The notes beneath the pieces were generated by a model that was given only the letters and a program-made list of their open reading frames with translations, ran no database searches and was not told where the DNA came from. 15,744 bases of DNA from Calditrichaceae bacterium. GTDB lineage: Bacteria; Calditrichota; Calditrichia; Calditrichales; JBFXGD01. Each line of letters starts with the position of its first letter. The stretch's first letter is position 1. A program made the translations under genes and the position numbers. Below are positions 8,761-15,744 of the stretch, in pieces. The stretch lies in assembly GCA_050178385.1 (NCBI GenBank), contig JBFXGD010000073.1, positions 1 to 15,744 of the forward strand, in the 5' to 3' direction.

Positions 8761-9129
8761 TTACAACCCTAACCAGAACAGAGCGCCGCCTAAGCAGAGC
8801 GCGAAGATCCCAAATACCCGAAACAGCGAATCCGGTTTGTTCATGAAGAATGTTACTATCCGCTCAACTTTTTCCGCTCCAATAACGGGAATTGACAGAC
8901 CGGCGAGGATTGTGAATATTCCGAGTCCCTTAATAAACCCAGGCATACGTGTTCGGTCCGCTTCGATGATAAACAAAATTCCTACTGCTATTCTGAATAG
9001 TGTCGCGAAGACCAACCATTTCTTTGTGATGAATCTGTGAAAAAAATTTCTGAACATTGACGGTGAAATCAGAATCAGAATCCCCGCCACGAAAATAAGA
9101 CATCCAACAACCATCACTGAAACAGCCAT
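8761..9129 (-). CDS. Small integral membrane protein, about 4 TM, function unknown (DUF2065-like appearance)
   Basis: 122 aa with four hydrophobic stretches, SD GGAG upstream and a terminator downstream. Confidence 0.75.
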   Translation of the reverse strand: MAVSVMVVGCLIFVAGILILISPSMFRNFFHRFITKKWLVFATLFRIAVGILFIIEADRTRMPGFIKGLGIFTILAGLSIPVIGAEKVERIVTFFMNKPDSLFRVFGIFALCLGGALFWLGL

Positions 9130-9189
9130 AATTGCTCCAATTTTTGTGATTTGATTTAATATAATAAACGCAGGGGCCCTGAGTATGAG

Positions 9190-9260
9190 AAAAAATTCAG
9201 AATTAACTGCTGCTCCCCCTATCGAGATACAAATACAGACCCCGATTGCAGCAATTAATT
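9190..9260 (-). terminator. Long imperfect hairpin with downstream U-tract after the DUF2892 gene
   Basis: Outer arms 9201-9213 and 9248-9260 match at 12/13, and the mismatch is a G.U pair on the minus strand. An inner stem (9221-9227 with 9240-9246) also uses G.U pairs on the minus strand. TTTTTT follows at 9195-9190. Confidence 0.5.
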
Positions 9261-9297
9261 TAGAAAATTGTGTGAAAGTAATCCGTTGCAGATGAAG

Positions 9298-9507
9298 CTA
9301 TTTACTCTCTTTTTTTATTGTTTTAAATCCAAACGGCAGATATAAGGGGCAGAATGATACCAGGCTTGTAAGTAAAAAAATGACCGCGAATGCACTTAGA
9401 ATAATGGCGGTTATACCGGATATGACTCCGGTATAATATAATACAACAATCACAACCGCCACCAAAGTTCTGATGACGCGATCAATCAGACCCATATTCT
9501 TTTTCAT
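9298..9507 (-). CDS. DUF2892 (YgaP-like) small membrane protein
   Basis: Family signature MKKNMG..DR.IR ... LLTSLVSFCPLY.PFG..T. SD AAGGAG. Confidence 0.9.
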   Translation of the reverse strand: MKKNMGLIDRVIRTLVAVVIVVLYYTGVISGITAIILSAFAVIFLLTSLVSFCPLYLPFGFKTIKKESK

Positions 9508-9575
9508 GATTTAACTCCTTGTTACGAAACAATATTAATATTTATTTTCATGACTTATTTTGTTTGATACAAATT

Positions 9576-10010
9576 TCAGACGCGGTATGTATCCGGCTTC
9601 CAGTTTTTGACCGCCTTTTTGATATCTTCTTCACTTAGATTTTCCTTAACAGCGCGTTCGATAAGAGGCTGAAATTCAGCATCCGAAGCAAATCTCAGTC
9701 CTATAACTTGTCTCATAGATACCCGCGGATCCATCAGTTTTCCGGTCATCACAAAATGACGAAGGTTTTCTTCCGCGCGTATCGCCCTGTCCTGAGCTTT
9801 TAATGCGAATGTCCTCATATATACGAAAATTATGAGCAGCGCAATATTAACGGCTAAAATTAAGGAGGCGCTGTAAAATCCAGCCGAACCGCTGCCTGTT
9901 TTAATGAGATTAACTATCGAACCGATTGTTGTCAGAAGGATAAATAAGGATAAAAAAAAGTGATATAAGGGAACCCACCTGCGATGATTGGAATAATTTT
10001 GTTGACTCAT
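9576..10010 (-). CDS. DUF6526-family membrane protein
   Basis: QNYSNH.RWVPLYHF, two TM helices, R.FALKAQDRAIRAEENLRH, LRFASDAE, IKKAVKNWKPD.YRV. SD GGAGG. Confidence 0.8.
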   Translation of the reverse strand: MSQQNYSNHRRWVPLYHFFLSLFILLTTIGSIVNLIKTGSGSAGFYSASLILAVNIALLIIFVYMRTFALKAQDRAIRAEENLRHFVMTGKLMDPRVSMRQVIGLRFASDAEFQPLIERAVKENLSEEDIKKAVKNWKPDTYRV

Positions 10011-10185
10011 TTGTCCTCCGGTTTTGATTATGACAACATTTTTTATTGATTGATGCTATAAGCCTGAATAATAATTCTTCCGTTTAACCTAACTACCGCC
10101 CGTGATATATTATTTCGGTATCAGGCTTAACAATTAAACTAATAGATTACCGGTTCAATTTAACGCTGAATATTTAAGAGTGTTT

Positions 10186-10446
10186 TTAGGCTGACCGGAA
10201 TCTGCCGGAGAAAAAGTTATAGATCCAGGCAAATATGGCGCCCAGAATCGCTCCATCCGCCAGGCCCCACAGTAAACCGAAAAGACTTCCGGAGATACTG
10301 ATATTGTATCCGCGATAAATTCTGCCGATAAAGGTCACATCTCCTGTCGCGCCGTCAAACAAAATGATCCACCAGGTAAATAAAAGAAGACCAAATCCCC
10401 ATAACAACGCGCAGGTCAGCGCCAATGCTTTTACATTTAATTTCAT
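10186..10446 (-). CDS. Small membrane protein of a family often auto-labelled 'bacteriophage holin'; function unproven
   Basis: MKLNVKALALTCALLWG...IYRGY.IS..GSLFGLLWG..DG.I.GAIFAWIYN. Start moved from 10458 to the ATG at 10446 because GGAGG (10455-10451) precedes it. Confidence 0.75.
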   Translation of the reverse strand: MKLNVKALALTCALLWGFGLLLFTWWIILFDGATGDVTFIGRIYRGYNISISGSLFGLLWGLADGAILGAIFAWIYNFFSGRFRSA

Positions 10447-10657
10447 CTTTCCTCCCATGGACAGATTATTTTTGTGTAAAACGCGTCATTTCAATACCGC
10501 GATCAATTGTCGCGAATCGAAGGCACATACCCCTGCGGTGATAAGGCACTGGATCTTTTTTACGGACATCACTCTTTATTGCATCTCATCTCAGGACCGG
10601 GTCGACTCCGGACATTTAATCGCACTTCTGTGAGAGGCAGTCCGCCTGAAATATATT

Positions 10658-11953
10658 TCAGGGAATAGGCAGCGGTTTTGCGTTTGGATAGTATAATGCG
10701 AGCCAAAGATATTTCAGGTACCAGATACCAAATGTGTAATTCCCGCGGTCATGCCGGGCCAGCAATTTGACAAGATCAAAATAATTTGTCAGAGACCGGC
10801 GCGGCGGACTCACAAACACAGATCTGCCAGCGATATGTGACATCATGGATTTCGCGGCGTGCGCATAGGCCCAAGGGGTCGAGGTGATTGTTTCGAGCAC
10901 ACCCGGCGCCAGTAGAAATAGATTGGGAGCGTCGATCGACCGGAACACGGAGTAGCAGCGTCCGGCAATGTCGTTTAAACTCCCGGACTCATTAAGCGTA
11001 TCCATACCCAGATAACCCAGTTCCGAGGTGTACCCGGTTCCCCAAAGCAATATGTCTGTCTCTATCTCCTCATCACCGCTAATGTGAATTCTTTTTCCAC
11101 TAATGGACTGCACCTCACCACGAAAGCGTTCGATACGGCTGAAACCCTTGAGCATTTGCGACCGGCCTGGAATGAACTGATCCCTTCGAATGTCAAAGTC
11201 TCTGTCGGGCATAATTTCAGTGATTCCCGCCTTCGCATACCTGCCCTTTAAATCCTTGTTTGCAATTCGGTTTACCATGCTCACCGGAAGACCAAGCATC
11301 TGATACTTTGCCAGAAGACGCAAGTCCGTTCCATAGTACTTGGGCTGGCGTGTTGGTCTCATCCACTTGGTAGAACGATAGATCCACGTAATGCTGCCTG
11401 CGCCGTGTATGAAGCAAAGATCCAGGAGGTCATACGCGGACGCACCGCCCCCAACTACAGTGACGCGCTTGCCTTTCAGGTCATCCGGATTTCGTAAGGC
11501 AGAAGAATGATATTCAGCGACCGACGAATCTTTCCGTTCGACCTGAGGGACAACGGGACGATTGTGTCCGCCGGTTGCGGCGATAAGCCACTTCGCTTCA
11601 TATGAACCCGCATCTGTGGTCAGCTTCCAGCCGTTTTCGCCCGGACGCGCTTTTTTGACAGGCGTATTCAGGCGGATATACGGTGCGAGTTCGAATCGCT
11701 CGACCCAGGCTTCGATGTTACGCAAGATGCTCTGCTGATCTTCTCCGGTTAACGGAAGATCGCCAAGCGTCCAGTCCTCTTTGCGGATCTGGATATCCTG
11801 CCAGGATGGAAGATCTCGCCATATTCCGCCGATTCGTTCACGGCCCTCCAGAAGGACCGTCTTCAACCCGGCGTCTTTAGCATATTTGAGGCAGATGATT
11901 CCGCCGATGCCCCCGCCCACGATTATAAGATCAAATTCAACGTTTGTTGTCAT
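10658..11953 (-). CDS. Class B flavin-containing monooxygenase (FMO-like NAD(P)H/FAD oxidoreductase)
   Basis: FAD Rossmann motif IIVGGGIGG, GGIW, AATG, a degenerate FMO fingerprint (..EYHSSAL), second Rossmann motif VVGGGASA with YRS, and WGTGY. SD AAGGAG. Confidence 0.85.
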   Translation of the reverse strand: MTTNVEFDLIIVGGGIGGIICLKYAKDAGLKTVLLEGRERIGGIWRDLPSWQDIQIRKEDWTLGDLPLTGEDQQSILRNIEAWVERFELAPYIRLNTPVKKARPGENGWKLTTDAGSYEAKWLIAATGGHNRPVVPQVERKDSSVAEYHSSALRNPDDLKGKRVTVVGGGASAYDLLDLCFIHGAGSITWIYRSTKWMRPTRQPKYYGTDLRLLAKYQMLGLPVSMVNRIANKDLKGRYAKAGITEIMPDRDFDIRRDQFIPGRSQMLKGFSRIERFRGEVQSISGKRIHISGDEEIETDILLWGTGYTSELGYLGMDTLNESGSLNDIAGRCYSVFRSIDAPNLFLLAPGVLETITSTPWAYAHAAKSMMSHIAGRSVFVSPPRRSLTNYFDLVKLLARHDRGNYTFGIWYLKYLWLALYYPNAKPLPIP

Positions 11954-12044
11954 TAATGAACTCCTTTAGAAGAATCCGCTTTCGCGGAGAATGGATTGTC
12001 CTGTCAACGTAATCCAAAGTGAGCCCTATGGACAAAGTTCCGGG

Positions 12045-12288
12045 CTGTTTCGTTTGATCTGCCCGGGGATCGGAGGATTAAGTAATCAAGGCACCAAATC
12101 AAGGATGGTGGCGGCAAAACATCAGGCAGGCATCAGACACAGCTCCGCCACGTCAGTCACACACCACATTTTAGAAAAGGGATTCAACCATCTCTAATAC
12201 AGCCATGCATGAAGGTGACAAGGTTTTTATATTAGTACGACACGTTCTATTAACTCTGGCAAGAATTTCCTTCTCGGAACATTTATGA
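12045..12288 (+). pseudogene. Decayed C-terminal remnant of a tyrosine recombinase (XerC/D or integrase family)
   Basis: Frame 11991 reads ...AAKHQAGIRHSSAT-SVT-HHILEKG, compared with canonical AGI....HxLRHSFATHLLExG. After an in-frame stop at 12195, TAC-GA-CAC-GTT (12236-12246) resembles Y-T-H-V with a 1-nt loss. A tail resembling HVS...GKI.SPLD follows. No intact gene is present. Confidence 0.45.
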
Positions 12289-12536
12289 TGATCGGGAGAG
12301 AAAAAGTAACCGGTTGGTTGCGGCAGATCACAGGAGTCCAGCGATATGATAGGGCGAACAGAAACATTCAGTTCTTTTGCAAATCATCACAATCAGGCAT
12401 TTAGAAATGAGTACTTATCCCCTCAAAATAAACTATTCCGAGTTCTATATTAAATAAAAACCGTTCACTGTTTTTTGATAATGAGGATGACGATGGCGGA
12501 TATCCCCCCGCAAACCGAAAGTAACTGATCGCGCTG

Positions 12537-13124
12537 TTATGTACAAGATTTAAATAAAAAATTCTTAAGTAACTCATGACCATACTCCGTAAGAATGGCT
12601 TCCGGATGAAATTGAACTCCTTCGAGTGGGTAGCTTTTGTGTTTGATCGCCATTATTTCATCCATCTTACCGTCAGCGCCGATCGTCCATGCCGTTACTT
12701 CAAAATGCTCCGGTAAACTGTTTTCGACAATGAGAGAATGATAGCGCGTCGCTGAGAATCTCCGGGGAATATTTCTGAAAACACCTTTTCCATTATGATA
12801 AATTTGTGATACTTTTCCGTGCATTACTTCTTTGGCGTATCCTATTCTCGCGCCGAAAACTGAAGCGATGACTTCGTGCCCCATGCAAATCCCGAGAATC
12901 GGAATCGATCCGCTAAATTCCCGGACAATTGCTCCCGAGACACCGGTATTTTCCGGTTTTCCCGGTCCCGGTGAAAGGATGATATGAGAAACAGGCAGTT
13001 TCCTTAAACGGTCTGATGTTATTTCGTCATTTTTAAAAACGGTGGGAGTGATCCCAAGTTCATACAGATATTGAACAATATTATATGTAAATGAATCATA
13101 ATTATCGATAATACAAACCATCAT
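12537..13124 (-). CDS. pabA: Aminodeoxychorismate synthase glutamine amidotransferase subunit (PabA/TrpG family)
   Basis: IIDNYDSFTYN, ILSPGPG, catalytic Cys in LGICMGHE, RYHSL, and GVQFHPE. Lies directly downstream of pabB. The true start may be the ATG at 13121 (GAGG 7 nt upstream). Confidence 0.9.
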   Translation of the reverse strand: MMVCIIDNYDSFTYNIVQYLYELGITPTVFKNDEITSDRLRKLPVSHIILSPGPGKPENTGVSGAIVREFSGSIPILGICMGHEVIASVFGARIGYAKEVMHGKVSQIYHNGKGVFRNIPRRFSATRYHSLIVENSLPEHFEVTAWTIGADGKMDEIMAIKHKSYPLEGVQFHPEAILTEYGHELLKNFLFKSCT

Positions 13125-13149
13125 CCATCCTCACCCGGTTATTATTGAA

Positions 13150-14994
13150 TTATTCATAATAGTCCGTTTTTAACTCAACCTGAACTATACCCCGAACAGA
13201 ATTACAGAGAAATACTTTATCCGCGTCGATGAGATCGTTCAGGCTGATCGGGCGCTCCAGTATTTCGCGGGATTTATCCATCAAAATTTGATTGCGGAAA
13301 ACGCCGTTTAACGCGCCTTCACTCAGTGGCGGAGTCAGCCATTTATTGTCTTTTTCGATAAAGATATTATGCCGGCTGGCTTCAGCTACCCTGTCCCGCT
13401 CATTTAAGAATACGATATCATACGCGCCCTTTGCCCCGGCAATTTTGTATAACCGGTCATACAGTTCCCTTTTTGTTGTTTTGTGCCGCCGAAATATATT
13501 CTGAGCGGATATCTTTTTCTTACTGATCACAACAAATTTTATATCTTCGTTTGTATTGGTCAGCAACGGCTCCGCATCCCATTCGATATTTCCGTCATGA
13601 CTGAGCAGTATTCTTATTTTATGATCCACGGCCGGTAAATTTTGTTTTAATTTTTCCAGTTTTTCATAAAGGATATTTTTATGAAACTGAAATCCGAAAC
13701 ATCGGGCTGAATCCGACATTCTTGCCAAATGCGCTTCCAACCGGCAACATTGCCTTGTCTTACCTTCATAACGGAATGTTTCAATCAATTTAAAATCCGC
13801 GTTAATGCCCGTCAGGAATTTACCTTTTAGCAGGCATTCCTGATATTCCGCTTCCGAATCCGATTCATAAATGATACCGCTGCCTATGCCCATTTCACCA
13901 TGTCCGTCTCTGAGAACAAGCGTCCGGATCGCGACATTGAAGCAAAAGTCGCCGTTTGGCTGAATATGGCCGATGGCGCCGGTATAGATACCCCGGGCAT
14001 CATTTTCCAGTTCTTCTATGATTTCCATAGTGCGTATTTTCGGAGCCCCGGTGATAGATCCGGCAGGATAAAGCCCTTTCATGATGGATTTCATATCCAT
14101 ATCAGAGCCAATTTCCCCCGAAACCGTTGAGATCATTTGATGGACGGTTTGATAGGATTCTACTTCAAAAAGGTTCGAGACCCTTACCGTCCCCGGATTG
14201 GCGATCCGCCCGATATCATTACGGATCAGGTCGACAATCATCACATTCTCAGCGCGGTTCTTGGGATCATTCTCAAGCCAGGCCTTTAGTTTCTGATCTT
14301 CGATCCTATTTTTTCCCCGCGCCGCCGTTCCTTTCATCGGTTTTGACTCGATTTGTTTCCCGTTTTTGCGGAGGAACAATTCCGGTGAAAAGGATAATAT
14401 ATCATGCCCGGGGAAATGCAAAAAGGCTCCATACGGTACCTTCTGACTGTTTCTTAATTTTTGATACAGACATGGAACATGGCCATCGACGCGAAATTTG
14501 TATTTCATCGTAAAATTAACCTGATAAGTGTCCCCTTCGCGGATATAATCGATGATCTTTTTGACTTTCCGGATATAGTCTTGTTTGCTTTCGCTAAGCG
14601 AAAATTCATAAATTGATGAATCATCATTTAATTCGCAGGAGAATTGATTCAGCCATAATTCAACATCCCGCCTTCCCATCTGTTTCGCTTTTCCAAATGC
14701 CGTAAAATTGATCAGAGGATGTGTTTTTTCGGGTTTGAACTTAAAATTATTTTTATCAACCAGAAAATAACCCGCTTCGTAGGAAAGATAACCACAAAGA
14801 TAAAATCCTTTTCTTCGCAGTTTGTCCAGTTCATCCAAAGCCGATTCGAGCTCATCAGGCTTACAGGTTAAAATCCGGTATTCGGGATCTGTGAAAAGCC
14901 AGCCATGACCTGAATTTATATCATTCCGCGCGTCTTCCAGCAAAGCAAAAGCCTGTTTGCTTTCTGATGAATTAATTTTCCGTTTAATTTCCAT
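13150..14994 (-). CDS. pabB: Fused aminodeoxychorismate synthase component I / aminodeoxychorismate lyase (PabB-PabC)
   Basis: Chorismate-binding motifs GYLSYE, GDTYQVN, SPELF, KPMKGT (the Lys diagnostic of PabB, versus PIAGT in TrpE), ENVMIVDLIRND, GSITGAPK. C-terminal class IV PLP domain: IETFR, HLARM, RHKTT, EASRHNIF, LNGVFR, CNSVRG. Confidence 0.92.
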   Translation of the reverse strand: MEIKRKINSSESKQAFALLEDARNDINSGHGWLFTDPEYRILTCKPDELESALDELDKLRRKGFYLCGYLSYEAGYFLVDKNNFKFKPEKTHPLINFTAFGKAKQMGRRDVELWLNQFSCELNDDSSIYEFSLSESKQDYIRKVKKIIDYIREGDTYQVNFTMKYKFRVDGHVPCLYQKLRNSQKVPYGAFLHFPGHDILSFSPELFLRKNGKQIESKPMKGTAARGKNRIEDQKLKAWLENDPKNRAENVMIVDLIRNDIGRIANPGTVRVSNLFEVESYQTVHQMISTVSGEIGSDMDMKSIMKGLYPAGSITGAPKIRTMEIIEELENDARGIYTGAIGHIQPNGDFCFNVAIRTLVLRDGHGEMGIGSGIIYESDSEAEYQECLLKGKFLTGINADFKLIETFRYEGKTRQCCRLEAHLARMSDSARCFGFQFHKNILYEKLEKLKQNLPAVDHKIRILLSHDGNIEWDAEPLLTNTNEDIKFVVISKKKISAQNIFRRHKTTKRELYDRLYKIAGAKGAYDIVFLNERDRVAEASRHNIFIEKDNKWLTPPLSEGALNGVFRNQILMDKSREILERPISLNDLIDADKVFLCNSVRGIVQVELKTDYYE

Positions 14995-15232
14995 CGTCGA
15001 TTTTTATCATTTTTTTATGAATGTTGTTTAAATATGACTCAAATATAATCGATCCTGGTATAATTTCTAAAAATATCTCACGCTGGGGACTATCTATTTT
15101 GAACGAATATTTCATCAAAGATGCATTGATGAATTTTTTGTGATTTTTTATTCGACTCCTGCGGCAGGATTTCTTTATATTGAGCACTTAAATTCAGATA
15201 TAAAGAATGAAATATTTCAGGGATGAAGTTTA

Positions 15233-15649
15233 ATGCCCAAAATAAATTTTGAAGTCCGATTTGAATGCCAGGCCGATTGCTCAAACTGCTGCACCCTGTC
15301 GGACGGTTTTGTTTATCTGACGGAAGATGAAGCTTTAAAGATATCAGAATACCTGGAAGTTTCCGAATCCATGTTTTTGGAATGGTTTACAAGGTTAATC
15401 GATGAACAGCTTTGTCTTGTGGACGGCGAAAATGAAGCCTGCGTATTTTTGGATGAGGGTAAATGCAATATCTATCCTGTCCGACCGGAACAATGCAGGA
15501 CATATCCGTTTTGGCCGGAAAATTTAAAATCCCGTTCCCGTTGGAAACACACCGCCGGTGAATGTCCGGGAATCGGCAAAGGAAAAATATATACCGGGAA
15601 AGACATAACAAACATTCATAATGGTGAAGGTATCGATTCGGTTAAATAG
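15233..15649 (+). CDS. YkgJ-family (CxxxCxxCC) cysteine-cluster protein, putative Fe-S/Zn binding
   Basis: FECQADCSNCC, CVFL, CNIYPVRPEQCRTYPFW, CPGIG. Confidence 0.9.
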   Translation: MPKINFEVRFECQADCSNCCTLSDGFVYLTEDEALKISEYLEVSESMFLEWFTRLIDEQLCLVDGENEACVFLDEGKCNIYPVRPEQCRTYPFWPENLKSRSRWKHTAGECPGIGKGKIYTGKDITNIHNGEGIDSVK

Positions 15650-15667
15650 ATTTGAAAGGAGTTTTTT

Positions 15668-15744
15668 ATGCAGCGATTTGTCAAAAATTTAATTCCGATA
15701 TCCATTTTCAGTATACTTCTTCTCTTCTCATGCAGTCCAAAAAA
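15668..15744 (+). CDS. N-terminus of a putative lipoprotein, truncated by the window edge and absent from the ORF track
   Basis: SD AAAGGAG followed by ATG at 15668. It reads MQRFVKNLIPISIFSILLLFS|CSPK: basic N-region, hydrophobic core, lipobox with Cys22. Confidence 0.7.
   Translation, partial: MQRFVKNLIPISIFSILLLFSCSPK

Noticed and set aside
8711..9040. 109-aa plus-strand ORF
   Set aside because: It is antisense to the membrane protein gene 8761-9129, which has an SD and a terminator.
9201..10129. Canonical attC sites or a CRISPR/repeat array in the spacers
   Set aside because: The hairpins share no sequence with each other, lack paired RYYYAAC/GTTRRRY ends and show no periodic repeat-spacer pattern.
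10364..10633. 89-aa plus-strand ORF
   Set aside because: It overlaps the holin-like gene antisense, with no SD and no motif.
11991..12197. 68-aa ORF as a functional gene
   Set aside because: It is better explained as a residual frame of a decayed recombinase, since the similarity continues past its stop codon.
12401..12583. 60-aa minus-strand ORF overlapping the pabA 3' end
   Set aside because: No SD, no motif, and it overlaps pabA out of frame.
13150..14994. Anthranilate synthase (trpE/trpG) interpretation
   Set aside because: The PMKGT lysine and the fused PLP-dependent lyase domain indicate PabB-PabC, and no other trp genes are adjacent.
14984..15284. ORFs 14984-15187 and 15090-15284 as proteins
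   Set aside because: They are AT-rich frames in a divergent promoter region, overlapping each other and the flanking genes, with no motifs.

Overview
Bacterial chromosomal window, roughly 40-50% GC in genes by eye, with AT-rich spacers. A T9SS-type/FlgD-Ig C-terminal sorting domain combined with clear Shine-Dalgarno sites suggests a non-Bacteroidota FCB lineage such as Calditrichota or KSB1 (inference). Ten co-oriented minus-strand genes run in transcription order: pabB-pabC fusion, pabA, a class B flavin monooxygenase, four small membrane proteins (holin-like, DUF6526, DUF2892, unknown), a signal-peptide-bearing M16C/PreP metallopeptidase, a 1317-aa multidomain ExeM/NucH-type secreted nuclease, and a STAS/SEC14 (SpoIIAA-like) protein. 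A YkgJ-family cysteine-cluster gene and a truncated lipoprotein gene are transcribed divergently at the right end. I found no tRNA, rRNA, CRISPR array or intact mobile element. The best signals not explained by the ORFs are an apparently decayed tyrosine-recombinase C-terminus between pabA and the monooxygenase, long imperfect hairpins between the small genes, a densely structured spacer at 900-1240, and a Fur-box-like palindrome upstream of the STAS gene. I cannot support a complete novel system from sequence alone. All family calls come from motif recognition, not database searches.
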